A DNA stretch of 64,000 bases from an uncultured Planctomycetales bacterium (GCA_964645795.1 CAZYCL010000004.1:163093-227092), one strand, 5' to 3'; shown: positions 49,925-59,867, counted from the stretch's first letter. Made by a program: numbers and translations. The notes: generated by a model not told the origin, from the letters alone.

Positions 49925-51430
49925 ATGGCTATCCGCAAGAAAAAAGCAGGCAAGGAGATGGAGACTGCTGGCATGATGCGCTGGCTCCTGACTTACGCCG
50001 ATATGATCACGCTCCTATTGGCGATGTTCATCCTGCTTTATGCCATCTCCAAGATAAATCTGGAAAAGTATAAGAAGTTCACGGAAGCCGCCGCCGAGAC
50101 CTTCGGCGGCTCAAAGCCTCAACCCAAGGCAGGCACTGCCCAGACGGGGGTCAGCGGCCTGGAAGAGAACCTGCAGAGCGCCTATAATACCATAAAGGGG
50201 ATCATCGATAAGAATAAGCTTCAGGACAAGGTGCAGCTGGTGATCGAAGAGCGCGGGATACGCATGAGCTTCATGACCGATGGGGTGTTCTTCGATATAG
50301 GCAAGGCCGACCTTAAGCCGGATTTCGAGAAGATACTGGCTTCTATCTCCTCCGTAGTCAAGCAGATCACCAATTTTATAAGGATCGAAGGTCATACCTG
50401 CAATATCCCCATCGATACTCCGGATTTTCCGTCCAACTGGGAGCTTTCGTCGCGACGGGCCACCAATGTCCTGCGCTTCTTGATAGAAAACGGCGTGCAG
50501 GGCGTAAAAATGTCTGCGGCCGGATACGCCGAGACCAGGCCCCTTTTTCCCAACAACTCCGATAAGAACCGGCTCAGGAACAGGAGGGTGGATATCATAA
50601 TTCTTAAGTCCAGCGAAGGAAAACTTGAGCCAAAGGCGCCGGTAGAGCATATAAGGGTAAAACCCGGAACGTGGTTGAGTATCATGCAGAAAACCAAGGA
50701 AGATCCCAAAGAGAAGAAGGCAGCGGTTCCCAAAGAAGCGGTTCCCAAGGAAGTTGTTCCCGAAGAAGCTGTTGTTCCTGCGAAACTCTCGGTTGTCCCG
50801 CAGGCCAAGCCGCCCGTTATTAAAAAGGAACCGGCGTTAACGCCGCCTGCGGCCGTCCCGGTTAAAGTTGCTCCCGCGGCCGCAACTGCCGTTAAGCCTT
50901 TGCCGGAAGCCAAGAAAGAGGCGAGTGCCCCGGTTGTCACCGAGGCCATTGCGGCTAAAAAACAAGCTCCTTTGCAACAACCGCAGCCCGCGCCTGTCCC
51001 GCAGCTAAAGCCGGTTAAGGAGGTTATGCCTTTGGAGGCTCCGGTTGAACCGTTGCCTTTGCCCAAACCAAAGACCGCAGAGACGCCCGAGGCTGCCGCT
51101 GCCCTGCCGCTTTCAAAGGAACCGATGATATTGCCCGTAGAAAAGCCGGCCGGTATTATTGAAGAAGAAAAAAAGGTTCCTGTTGTAACGCCGCCTGTAA
51201 TAGCGCCTGCGGCTCCTGTGGCAGCCCGGGAACCGGTTCTTCCCAAGACGGGCGTCTCTTCCCTCGGCACGCAAGCCGTAAAGACTGCTGCGGCTGCTAA
51301 AGTTGCTTTGCCGAATAGGCCGGCAGCCGCGGCAAAGACCGCGGTGAAAAAGTCCGCGCCAAGACCCAGGGCGGCTGTCTCCACGAGCGTAGGCAGGGTG
51401 TATTATCCGGTGAGGATAAAGAAGGAGTAG
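49925..51430 (+). CDS. motB: MotB/OmpA-family stator protein with roughly 250-aa Pro/Ala/Lys/Val-rich C-terminal tail
   Basis: [21 protein letters not shown] (conserved Asp plug/TM), an OmpA-like domain ([12 protein letters not shown]...RRVDIIIL), then low-complexity PAKV repeats up to residue 501. Confidence 0.75.
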   Translation: MAIRKKKAGKEMETAGMMRWLLTYADMITLLLAMFILLYAISKINLEKYKKFTEAAAETFGGSKPQPKAGTAQTGVSGLEENLQSAYNTIKGIIDKNKLQDKVQLVIEERGIRMSFMTDGVFFDIGKADLKPDFEKILASISSVVKQITNFIRIEGHTCNIPIDTPDFPSNWELSSRRATNVLRFLIENGVQGVKMSAAGYAETRPLFPNNSDKNRLRNRRVDIIILKSSEGKLEPKAPVEHIRVKPGTWLSIMQKTKEDPKEKKAAVPKEAVPKEVVPEEAVVPAKLSVVPQAKPPVIKKEPALTPPAAVPVKVAPAAATAVKPLPEAKKEASAPVVTEAIAAKKQAPLQQPQPAPVPQLKPVKEVMPLEAPVEPLPLPKPKTAETPEAAAALPLSKEPMILPVEKPAGIIEEEKKVPVVTPPVIAPAAPVAAREPVLPKTGVSSLGTQAVKTAAAAKVALPNRPAAAAKTAVKKSAPRPRAAVSTSVGRVYYPVRIKKE

Positions 51431-51450
51431 CGGATTTGACATCTTTTTGC

Positions 51451-51479
51451 TTTACAAACCTTCGTTAGCCGATTATAAT
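51451..51479 (+). promoter_or_regulatory. sigma70-like promoter (TTTACA-17-TATAAT) for hisG
   Basis: TTTACA at 51451-51456, a 17-nt spacer, TATAAT at 51474-51479. Confidence 0.4.
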
Positions 51480-51512
51480 AAACACCCGTGTTTTATTAAT
51501 TTGACGATTACG

Positions 51513-52397
51513 ATGAAAAGAAAACTTTTAAGATTAGGATTACCAAAAGGCAGCCTCCAGGAATCTACTTTGCGGATGTTCAAGAAAGCGGGCTTTAACG
51601 TCTCGCTTTCCAACGAGCGTTCATACTTTCCTTCGATCGACGACCCCGATATCGAAGCGGTGCTGCTCAGGGCCCAGGAGATGTCCCGCTATGTTCAGGA
51701 CGGTGCCCTCGATTGCGGCATTACCGGCAATGACTGGATACTGGAGAACAATTCCCGCGTAGCCAGGGTGACAGACCTGATGTATGCCAAGCAGGGCATT
51801 AACAAGGTTAGGTGGGTGCTGGCTGTCCCCCAGGATTCCGGGATAAGGTCGCCCAAAGAGCTTGCCAACAAGAGAGTGGCCACGGAACTGGTGAATGTCA
51901 CCAAAAACTATTTTGCCCGCCAGAAAATAAAAGTAGATGTTGAGTTCAGCTGGGGCGCGACCGAAGTCAAGGTCAGCGCGGGGCTGGTCGATGCCATAGT
52001 AGAGCTGACCGAGACCGGAAGGAGCCTGAAGGCCAACAAGCTCATCGAGATCGCCACGCTTTGCGAGTCTACCACCCAGTTCATCGCCAACAAGGATTCG
52101 TACAGGGATAAATGGAAGAAGGCCAAGATCGCCCAGATCGCCATGCTCCTTAACGGGGCGATTTCGGCGGAAGGCAAGGTCGGACTTAAGATGAACGTCA
52201 AGAAAGCCGATCTGAAGAAGGTGCTGGAGAAGCTGCCGGCTTTGAAAAGGCCGACGATATCGGGACTTTCCGAAGACGGATGGTTTGCCATCGAGACGAT
52301 CATCGAAGAAAAAGTCGTGCGCGTGCTGATCCCCGAGTTAAAAAATGCCGGAGCGCAGGGGATAATCGAGTATCCGCTGAACAAAGTTATATATTGA
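51513..52397 (+). CDS. hisG: ATP phosphoribosyltransferase, long form
   Basis: [23 protein letters not shown]; about 295 aa with a C-terminal regulatory domain. Confidence 0.8.
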   Translation: MKRKLLRLGLPKGSLQESTLRMFKKAGFNVSLSNERSYFPSIDDPDIEAVLLRAQEMSRYVQDGALDCGITGNDWILENNSRVARVTDLMYAKQGINKVRWVLAVPQDSGIRSPKELANKRVATELVNVTKNYFARQKIKVDVEFSWGATEVKVSAGLVDAIVELTETGRSLKANKLIEIATLCESTTQFIANKDSYRDKWKKAKIAQIAMLLNGAISAEGKVGLKMNVKKADLKKVLEKLPALKRPTISGLSEDGWFAIETIIEEKVVRVLIPELKNAGAQGIIEYPLNKVIY

Positions 52398-52424
52398 TAG
52401 ATAGGGTTACAGGGGAGCAGAAAC

Positions 52425-52526
52425 ATGCCTTGCGGCAGAAAAAGAAAAAAGAGGAAGATCCGCACCCATAAGAGAAAGAAGATGCGTCGTCGTCTTCGCC
52501 ATCTCAAGAAGAGGGACTGGGGTTAG
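52425..52526 (+). CDS. 33-aa highly basic mini-protein, bS22/mS38-like (not in the ORF track)
   Basis: MPCGRKRKKRKIRTHKRKKMRRRLRHLKKRDWG. SD AGGGGAG 7 nt upstream of ATG 52425; stop TAG at 52524-52526. Confidence 0.55.
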   Translation: MPCGRKRKKRKIRTHKRKKMRRRLRHLKKRDWG

Positions 52527-52542
52527 TCGGTAAGGTTCTTAC

Positions 52543-53538
52543 ATGGCTTTGAGTATATTGCGCTCAGGAGGGGTGTTTTTGTGCCTGGGCCTGTTGATGC
52601 TGTCCTGGGTCCCGGTTTTTGCCTGGGACAAGAAAGAATCCTCGGCGATAAGCAATTATATCATGGGCTGCGTTTACGAGGATTCAGGCGACATCGAGCA
52701 GGCCATACAGGCTTACAAAAAGGCGGTCAAGGCCGACGATAGTATCGCGGCCCTGCATCTTGGCCTTGCCTCCAGCTACATAAAGAATAACCAGCCACAG
52801 AAGGCGATAGACGAGCTTAAGATCTCGGCAAGCTTGGCACCCGAGGCGATCGAGCCGCACGCAATACTGGCCCTTCTATATACCTCTCTTGATAAGATAG
52901 ACCTGGCGACAGCAGAATACGAGACCGCCCTGCAGAACGCCTCGCGCCTCCAGCCTCAGAACGTCGATATCTATAAGGGGCTGGGAGCGATATACCTAAG
53001 ACAGAAAAAGTTCAAAGAGGCGGAAAGCGCCTATAAGCTTATCCTAAGCCTTAATCCGGCCGACGCCGAAGCGCATTATTCCCTGGCTAACGTTTACACG
53101 GAGATGCGCGAGACGGAGCTTGCGGAGAAGGCGCTTAAGAAAGCCATAGGGTTAAGGCCGGATTACCATCAGGCGCTTAATTTTCTGGCCTATATGTATA
53201 TCGACGCGGGCAAAAACCTTGAACAGGCTGAGTTGATGCTGCGTAAGGCCCTGGACCTGGAGCCGGACAACCCGGCCTATATCGACAGCCTGGGATGGTT
53301 TTATTATAAGAAAGGCAAGTTCAAGGAGTCGCTGGGCGAGCTCAAAAAAGCCGCTTCCATGCTTGAGGATCCGGTGATCTTCGATCATCTGGGAGACGCG
53401 TATCTGAAGACCGGCGATAATGGTAATGCCAGGTCAAGCTGGGAAAAGTCAATCAAGCTTGACCCCGGTCAGGAGAAAGTAAAAGAGAAGCTCCAAAGGC
53501 TTAAGGTCTCCGGCAACGAGGACAAGAACGGTTTATGA
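52543..53538 (+). CDS. TPR-repeat exported protein
   Basis: Signal peptide plus multiple TPR motifs (AxxYxxAL repeats). Confidence 0.75.
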   Translation: MALSILRSGGVFLCLGLLMLSWVPVFAWDKKESSAISNYIMGCVYEDSGDIEQAIQAYKKAVKADDSIAALHLGLASSYIKNNQPQKAIDELKISASLAPEAIEPHAILALLYTSLDKIDLATAEYETALQNASRLQPQNVDIYKGLGAIYLRQKKFKEAESAYKLILSLNPADAEAHYSLANVYTEMRETELAEKALKKAIGLRPDYHQALNFLAYMYIDAGKNLEQAELMLRKALDLEPDNPAYIDSLGWFYYKKGKFKESLGELKKAASMLEDPVIFDHLGDAYLKTGDNGNARSSWEKSIKLDPGQEKVKEKLQRLKVSGNEDKNGL

Positions 53539-54359
53539 AATACTCCGATGCCAAAATAAAAGAACTTCAGGAGAAGGCAAGGCATATACGCTGCCTCATC
53601 ATAGAGATGTTGGCCAAGGCCGGTTCGGGACATCCGGGGGGCAGCCTCTCCGCGGCGGACCTGGTGACAGCCCTTTATTTTTCCGTGCTCAAATTTAATC
53701 CGGATGATCCGGCTTCCAGCGACAGGGACAGGTTCCATATGTCCAAGGGGCACTGTTGTCCTTTATGGTACGCAGTGTTATCGGAGGCGGCGTTCTTCCC
53801 TAAGGATAAGCTTTTTACGCTGCGCCAGCTTGGATCCATGCTTCAAGGGCATCCTGACAGGCGGGCACCCGGCGTAGAATGCGCCTCGGGCTCTTTGGGC
53901 CAGGGGCTTTCTGTTGCCTTAGGCATGAGCCTGGCAGCCAGGATCGATAAGAAAGATTACCGGGTCTACGTGCTCCTGGGCGACGGCGAAATACAGGAAG
54001 GCAATATCTGGGAGGCGGCAATGGCTGCCGCCCATTATAAGTGCGACAATATCTGCGCCATACTTGATTACAACGGCTTCCAGATCGACGGAAAGACCGC
54101 TGACGTAATGAACCTTGAGCCGCTGGCAGCGAAATGGCAGGCCTTTGGTTGGCATACCATTGAAATAGACGGGCACGACATGAAGCAGATACTTGGCGCC
54201 TATGATATGGCAAAAGAGGTAAAAGGCAAGCCCACGATAATCATCGCCCGCACCGTAAAGGGCAAGGGCGTATCCTTTATGGAAAACGTCTGCGATTTCC
54301 ACGGCAGGGCCCCGACCCAAGAAGAAGCGCGCAAGGCGCTCGAGGAGTTAAAGAGCTGA
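53535..54359 (+). CDS. transketolase N-terminal (TPP-binding) subunit
   Basis: GHPGGSLSAADL, GDGEIQEGNIWEA. Confidence 0.9.
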   Translation: MKYSDAKIKELQEKARHIRCLIIEMLAKAGSGHPGGSLSAADLVTALYFSVLKFNPDDPASSDRDRFHMSKGHCCPLWYAVLSEAAFFPKDKLFTLRQLGSMLQGHPDRRAPGVECASGSLGQGLSVALGMSLAARIDKKDYRVYVLLGDGEIQEGNIWEAAMAAAHYKCDNICAILDYNGFQIDGKTADVMNLEPLAAKWQAFGWHTIEIDGHDMKQILGAYDMAKEVKGKPTIIIARTVKGKGVSFMENVCDFHGRAPTQEEARKALEELKS

Positions 54360-55288
54360 TGGAACAGATATTCCCGCGCGATATTTACGGAAAAACACTC
54401 GTTGAGCTGGGCAAGCTTGATAAGGATATCGTAGTGCTTGATGCGGACCTGTCTTGTTCCACTAAGACCGCTGTTTTTGCCAGGCAATTCCCGGACAGGT
54501 TCTTTAATTTCGGCGTAGCCGAACAGAATATGATGGCCTGCGCCGCGGGGCTGGCCAGCTGCGGCAAGACCGTCTTTGTTTCGACATTCGCCATATTTGC
54601 GACGGGCCGGGCCTGGGACCAGGTAAGAAACTCGATATCCTACAGCAACTTCAACGTGAAGATCGTCGCTTCCCATGCCGGCATCACCGTCGGGCCGGAC
54701 GGCGCCAGCCATCAGGCGCTTGAAGACATAGCGCTCATGCGCGTTATACCGAACATGAATATCATCGTTCCCTGCGACGGGCCGCAGACTAAAGACGCTG
54801 TCGAAGCCGCCGCATCCCAGAGCGGGCCGTTCTACATACGCCTGGGCAGGACGAAGTTTACGACCATCGAGAACAAGCCTGAGTTTGAATTCGGGAAGGC
54901 GCAGTGCCTTTGTCAGGGCAGTGACGTTACGATCATCGCCTGCGGGATAATGGTCAATGAGGCGCTGGCGGCATCAAAAAGGCTTCTGGAAAAAGGGGTG
55001 AAGGCGCGCGTGCTTAATATGCACACCATACGGCCCCTTGACCAAGACAGCGTCCTTGATGCGGCCAGGACCACTAAAGGCATAGTCGTCTGCGAGGAGC
55101 ACTCGGTCATCGGAGGGCTTGCCTCTGCGGTAGACGAAGTCGTATCCGAGAGCCAGCCAAAGCGGATCATCAGGCTCGGTATTAAGAACAGGTTCGGTCA
55201 ATCAGGTGAGCCGGCAGAGCTGCTTAAGGAATACCATTTGACCAGCGACGATATCGAAAAAGCCGCGCTTCAGTTGCTTGACCGCTGA
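54359..55288 (+). CDS. transketolase C-terminal (pyrimidine-binding) subunit
   Basis: FGVAEQNMMACAAGLA; 309 aa. Confidence 0.9.
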   Translation: MEQIFPRDIYGKTLVELGKLDKDIVVLDADLSCSTKTAVFARQFPDRFFNFGVAEQNMMACAAGLASCGKTVFVSTFAIFATGRAWDQVRNSISYSNFNVKIVASHAGITVGPDGASHQALEDIALMRVIPNMNIIVPCDGPQTKDAVEAAASQSGPFYIRLGRTKFTTIENKPEFEFGKAQCLCQGSDVTIIACGIMVNEALAASKRLLEKGVKARVLNMHTIRPLDQDSVLDAARTTKGIVVCEEHSVIGGLASAVDEVVSESQPKRIIRLGIKNRFGQSGEPAELLKEYHLTSDDIEKAALQLLDR

Positions 55289-55293
55289 TAAAT

Positions 55294-56169
55294 TTGATCC
55301 TCAACTCCTACGCCAAACTAAACCTATACCTTAAGGTCATCGGGAGGCGTTCCGACGGGTTCCATGACCTCTCCACCGTATTTGAACGAATCAATCTTGC
55401 CGATAAGATCATCCTGAAAAACCAGGAAAGCCGCATCGACATCTGCTGTAAAGATCCTGGCGTCCCGCTCAACGAAACCAACCTCTGTCATAAAAGCGCT
55501 CTTTTGCTGCGCCGCAAATACGGCCTCGATAAGGGCGTAAGCATAGAGATAATCAAGCGCATCCCTGTCGGTGCGGGCCTGGGCGGCGGCTCCAGTAATG
55601 CCGCAAGCGTTCTCCTGGGATTGAATAAGCTGTGGAAGCTGGGCCTGAGTTTGGATGAACTGGCCTCTTGCGCCGCGCAGATAGGCTCCGATGTCCCATT
55701 TTTTGTCTACAATACGCCTTTTGCCCTGGGGGAGGGCAGGGGCCATATCATCAGGCCGATCCGCGGCATCAATAGATTGCGCCTCTGGCATGTATTGGCC
55801 GTCCCCGGAGTACATGTATCCACAGCCCGTATATATGCGCAGTGGGACGCGGCAAGAAGCAGCCGAAAACGCCGCTTGACTAGCGGATACGGGGATGCTA
55901 AAATAACCGCGAATGCCCTTAAAACAGGCGATTTCTCCAAAGCAGGGTGTTTTTTTAACAGCCTCGAGGCTGTGACAATAAATCTGTATCCCGAAGTCGG
56001 GGTCGTTAAAGACAGGCTTCTTTCCCTGGGCGCGTGTTTCGCGCTTATGTCAGGAAGCGGCTCTGCTGTATTTACGATCACCGCATCCAGGGCGCAGGCT
56101 TTGCGTCTGAAAAGAAGGCTTGCCGAAAGTTGTTCTTCTTGGCAAATTTTCTTGGCGCGGACCCGATAG
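55294..56169 (+). CDS. ispE: 4-diphosphocytidyl-2-C-methyl-D-erythritol kinase
   Basis: GHMP kinase with AKLNLYLKVIGRRSDGFHDL and PVGAGLGGGSSNAA. Confidence 0.9.
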   Translation: MILNSYAKLNLYLKVIGRRSDGFHDLSTVFERINLADKIILKNQESRIDICCKDPGVPLNETNLCHKSALLLRRKYGLDKGVSIEIIKRIPVGAGLGGGSSNAASVLLGLNKLWKLGLSLDELASCAAQIGSDVPFFVYNTPFALGEGRGHIIRPIRGINRLRLWHVLAVPGVHVSTARIYAQWDAARSSRKRRLTSGYGDAKITANALKTGDFSKAGCFFNSLEAVTINLYPEVGVVKDRLLSLGACFALMSGSGSAVFTITASRAQALRLKRRLAESCSSWQIFLARTR

Positions 56170-56190
56170 CATCTGCTAAGGAGGTGGCGT

Positions 56191-56589
56191 ATGGAGATCA
56201 CCGAGGTCAGGGTCGTATTGAAGGATTCTCCGGACAAAAAGCTAAAGGCATATGCCACGGTAACTTTTGACAATGCTTTTGTGGTAAGGAATATAAAGGT
56301 GATCGAGGGCAATACCGGCCTGTTCATTGCCATGCCTTCGCGCAAGGTCAAGCATCCCTGCCCCAAGTGCGGTTTTAAGAACGAGTTGCGCAGTAAGTAC
56401 TGCAATCAGTGCGGCGGTCAGCTCCCGCAGACCATAAAACCCATTGAGCAAGAGACAGATGCGGCTCAGTCCGAACACAAGGATATAGCTCATCCTATCA
56501 CGCAGTCCTTCCGCGAATATCTGCAGAAAAAGATCCTTGCCGCTTATGACCAGGAAAAGATAAAAGGTCCGTCAGCATCCCCTTATTGA
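56191..56589 (+). CDS. spoVG: SpoVG-family protein with zinc-ribbon insertion and C-terminal extension
   Basis: SpoVG core MEITEVRVVLKD...AFVVRNIKVIEGNTGLFIAMPSRK, then CPKCGFKNELRSKYCNQCGG inserted before DIAHPIT. Confidence 0.8.
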   Translation: MEITEVRVVLKDSPDKKLKAYATVTFDNAFVVRNIKVIEGNTGLFIAMPSRKVKHPCPKCGFKNELRSKYCNQCGGQLPQTIKPIEQETDAAQSEHKDIAHPITQSFREYLQKKILAAYDQEKIKGPSASPY

Positions 56590-56606
56590 TCGCTTTATCG
56601 CAATCC

Positions 56607-56677
56607 TGCCCGGTAGTGTAATGGTAGCACATCAGAATTTGGGTCTGAGCGTCAAGGTTCGAATCCTTGCCGGGCAA
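56607..56677 (+). tRNA. tRNA-Gln (anticodon UUG)
   Basis: Hand-folded cloverleaf. Acceptor stem TGCCCGG/CCGGGCA (U1-A72); D stem GTGT/GCAC with loop AATGGTA; anticodon stem TCAGA/TCTGA with loop ATTTGGG (TTG at 34-36); T arm CAAGG-TTCGAAT-CCTTG; discriminator A; no encoded CCA. Confidence 0.8.
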
Positions 56678-56720
56678 ATTTTAATCACAGTGAGGTTGAG
56701 AACCTGTCGATTGCATATAA

Positions 56721-57062
56721 ATGAAGCAGCTTAAGCCGTTTTCCCTGAAGATAAGAGCAAAGCAAAGGTTTCAAAGGATCCTGGACGGCTCTTGCCTCAG
56801 CGTCAATCTCAAATCGGGGGCGGTCGTCTTAAAGCCGCGCCAGGAGATCGGAGAGCATGTCACCGAGGGCAAAGAAGAGCTGCTTATTATACTGAAAGGC
56901 AAGGCTAAGATCGCGCTTGCCGGCGCCAAATCCATTACGGCAGGGAAGGGTTCGGTTGTCTACATACCGCCGCAGACCGCGCACAATGTGGTCAATCTCG
57001 GCAGGTCGCCCTTACATTATATATACGTGGTCGCTCCTGTTTTAGGGCATTTATCTACTTGA
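56721..57062 (+). CDS. cupin-domain protein
   Basis: 113 aa, double-stranded beta-helix pattern (SVVYIPPQTAHNVVNLG). Confidence 0.65.
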   Translation: MKQLKPFSLKIRAKQRFQRILDGSCLSVNLKSGAVVLKPRQEIGEHVTEGKEELLIILKGKAKIALAGAKSITAGKGSVVYIPPQTAHNVVNLGRSPLHYIYVVAPVLGHLST

Positions 57063-57116
57063 CTGCGTCCCGATTATCGGCTAATATATTAAAGAATTTG
57101 CCAAATACCAAAAGGG

Positions 57117-57542
57117 GTGAGCATGTTCGGTTTTCTTGCCGGATTTCGAAAGAAAAAACCTCAGGAAAGACTTAAGAAGCTGATACTGGTAGTTGAGGAC
57201 GAGGCTAATATCGCCCTGCTTTTAAAGGAGATCCTGGAGAGGAAAGGCGGGTATGATGCGCTGGTGGCCAATGACGGCAAAGCCGGTCTTGAAATGGCCC
57301 ATACCCTTGAGCCCGACCTTATACTTTTAGATATCAAACTGCCCAGGATGAACGGATTCGAGGTCCTTAAGAAGCTTAAGGAAGGCAAAAAGACATTTTC
57401 TATCCCGGTGATAATGGTCTCCGGAAATACCGACGAGGAGTCGAAGCTTAGGGTAGCGTATCTGCACAGCGATGATTATATTACCAAGCCTTTTGAAGCA
57501 GAAGCGCTGTTGACTAAAGTAAAAAGCAGGCTCGGCAGTTAA
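57117..57542 (+). CDS. stand-alone CheY-like response regulator receiver domain
   Basis: LILVVEDE, DLILLDIKLP and VIMVSG motifs; no output domain. Confidence 0.8.
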   Translation: MSMFGFLAGFRKKKPQERLKKLILVVEDEANIALLLKEILERKGGYDALVANDGKAGLEMAHTLEPDLILLDIKLPRMNGFEVLKKLKEGKKTFSIPVIMVSGNTDEESKLRVAYLHSDDYITKPFEAEALLTKVKSRLGS

Positions 57543-57640
57543 ATTCTCAGCCCGGCCTTTTAACGGTTTTTACGCGGATTTAACACCATATCCTGCCCGC
57601 AATTTTCCTTGTAGCAGATTCAAAATCAGGGTATTCATCA

Positions 57641-58897
57641 ATGAAAAAAGATATCGCTTGCATAATTCTGGCTGCCGGTAAGGGGACACGCATGAACTCT
57701 GACCTGCCCAAGGTGCTCCATCCTTTATGCGGCAGGCCGATGCTCGGCTATGTCATGGACCTGGCCAGGGAGCTCAAGGCCGCAGAGGTAGTGACAGTGC
57801 TGGGTCACGGCCACCAGCTTATCCGTAAGCAGTTAAAACAGGGTTTAAATATAGCGGTGCAGAAAAGGCTCCTGGGGACGGCTGATGCGGTAAAGCAGGC
57901 TATGCCGCGGCTTAATAAGTTCAAAGGGGATGTTTTGGTATTATACGGGGATATGCCGCTTTTGAACAAGGATTCCCTGGAGGGGCTGTTGAGGTACCAC
58001 CGTGAAAATGATTTTGACGCGACACTGCTGGTGGCAAAGATGGAAAAGCCATTTGGTTACGGCCGGATATTAAGGGACAGGTATGCAAATATCCGCGGCA
58101 TAGTCGAGGAGAAAGATGCCGATGATTTCCAGAAGGAGACCAAGGAAGTAAATACCGGTATAATCATCTTCAAAAAGGACATATTGAGCCTTGTCCTGCG
58201 GCGGATACGGCCGAATAACCGCAAAAAAGAGTATTATCTGACCGATGCGGTCAGGCTCATCTATGAAGACGGCGGCCTGGTAGGCAGCTTTGAGCTTAAA
58301 GACGCGGGCCAGGCGCAGGGGATAAACTCCCGTTCGCAGCTGGCGCATGCAAACTCCGTGATGCAAAGGAGGATAAACAAGACGCTGATGAAGAACGGCG
58401 TTACCATCATCGATCCGGCAACGGCCTTTATCAGCTACGGCACCAAGATAGGCAAAGACAGCGTAATTTATCCCTTTACAGTGGTGGAAAGAGATGTTAG
58501 AATTGGTAACCGTTGTTTCATCGGCCCGTTCGCGCATCTTCGCGAGGGTACCCGCATCGAAGACGGCGTAATTGCAGGAAACTTTATCGAAACCGTCCGT
58601 TCCCGATTAGGCTCAAAGACCTTAGCCAAACATTTCTGTTATATCGGTGATAGTAGCCTCGGCTCCGGAGTCAATATCGGCGCCGGCACGGTCACGGCCA
58701 ATTTTGACGGAAGAAAAAAGAATAATACCGTGATCAAGAAGGGCGCGTTTGTGGGTTCGGATACGGTATTGGTGGCCCCTGTGAAGATCGGCAAAGGGTC
58801 CCTGACCGCAGCCGGGTCTGTGGTGACTAGGGACGTCCCGGACAAAACCAGAGTTGCGGGTGTCCCCGCCAGGCCCATGAAAGCAAAAGGAAGATAA
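57641..58897 (+). CDS. glmU: bifunctional UDP-N-acetylglucosamine pyrophosphorylase / glucosamine-1-phosphate N-acetyltransferase
   Basis: ILAAGKGTRMNSDLPKVLHPL plus C-terminal left-handed beta-helix hexapeptide repeats. Confidence 0.85.
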   Translation: MKKDIACIILAAGKGTRMNSDLPKVLHPLCGRPMLGYVMDLARELKAAEVVTVLGHGHQLIRKQLKQGLNIAVQKRLLGTADAVKQAMPRLNKFKGDVLVLYGDMPLLNKDSLEGLLRYHRENDFDATLLVAKMEKPFGYGRILRDRYANIRGIVEEKDADDFQKETKEVNTGIIIFKKDILSLVLRRIRPNNRKKEYYLTDAVRLIYEDGGLVGSFELKDAGQAQGINSRSQLAHANSVMQRRINKTLMKNGVTIIDPATAFISYGTKIGKDSVIYPFTVVERDVRIGNRCFIGPFAHLREGTRIEDGVIAGNFIETVRSRLGSKTLAKHFCYIGDSSLGSGVNIGAGTVTANFDGRKKNNTVIKKGAFVGSDTVLVAPVKIGKGSLTAAGSVVTRDVPDKTRVAGVPARPMKAKGR

Positions 58898-58899
58898 TT

Positions 58900-59838
58900 A
58901 TGGATAAGTTGACGATCCTTTCGGGCAATGCCCATCCCAAGCTCTCCCACGATATCTGCAAGTACCTGCGGGTAAAGCCGGGAGAGGTGATGCTGTCAAG
59001 GTTCAGCGAAGGCGAGATACGGCTTAAGATCAACGATAATATACGCGGCAAAGACGTTTTTATAATCCAGCCGACATGCCCGCCGCCCAACGATAATCTG
59101 ATGGAACTTTTGATAATGCTCGATGCGGCTAAGCGCGCCAGCGCCTCGCGCATCACCGCGGTGGTCCCTTATTTCGGATATGCCCGTCAGGACAGGAAAG
59201 ACCAGCCTCGCGTGCCGATAACCGCAAAGCTGGTCGCCAATCTTCTTACGGTAGCCGGCGCCGATAGGGTGCTGACCATGGATTTACATGCCGGACAGAT
59301 CCAGGGTTTTTTTGACATACCCCTGGACCATCTTTTTGCCATAGGTGTTTTCATAGACCATTTCTCGAAGATGCAGTCCCAGAATCTGGTTGTCGTGTCT
59401 CCCGATGTCGGAAGCATCAAGATGGCACGCGCCTATGCCAAGCGGCTGGCCGCGGGGCTGGCGATAATCGATAAAAGAAGGGTCTCGCCCGAGAAGGCCG
59501 AGGCGATGCATATCATGGGAGAGGTCGAAGGCAAAGACGTCATAATCGCCGACGATCTGGTAGCTACCGGCGGATCCCTGATCGAGGCCGTCGAGACCCT
59601 CAAGAAGAACGGGGCCAGGAGCGTAGTCGCCGCGATCACCCACGGGGTCTTATCTGGCCCGGCGATCGAACGTCTGGATGCCTGCAAGGACCTGGAGAGG
59701 CTATATATCACCGATACCATACCGCTTGCCAAGGATAAGGAGCATCCCCGCATAGAAGTCCTATCGGTAGCCCCTCTTCTGGGTGAGGCGATAAAAAGGA
59801 TCCATCACGAAGAATCCATAAGCTGTCTATTCGATTAA
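58900..59838 (+). CDS. prs: ribose-phosphate pyrophosphokinase
   Basis: 312 aa. PRPP-binding DLHAGQIQGFF and VVSPDVGSIKMA. Confidence 0.95.
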   Translation: MDKLTILSGNAHPKLSHDICKYLRVKPGEVMLSRFSEGEIRLKINDNIRGKDVFIIQPTCPPPNDNLMELLIMLDAAKRASASRITAVVPYFGYARQDRKDQPRVPITAKLVANLLTVAGADRVLTMDLHAGQIQGFFDIPLDHLFAIGVFIDHFSKMQSQNLVVVSPDVGSIKMARAYAKRLAAGLAIIDKRRVSPEKAEAMHIMGEVEGKDVIIADDLVATGGSLIEAVETLKKNGARSVVAAITHGVLSGPAIERLDACKDLERLYITDTIPLAKDKEHPRIEVLSVAPLLGEAIKRIHHEESISCLFD

Positions 59839-59867
59839 AAAATAAAAATTGAAAGGGCGAAGTCAAA

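Noticed and set aside
52280-52471. 63-aa ORF from the track spanning the hisG 3' end
   Set aside because: It is in a different frame from the SD-preceded basic 33-aa ORF and overlaps the end of hisG. It has no SD or features, so the 52425..52526 reading is preferred.
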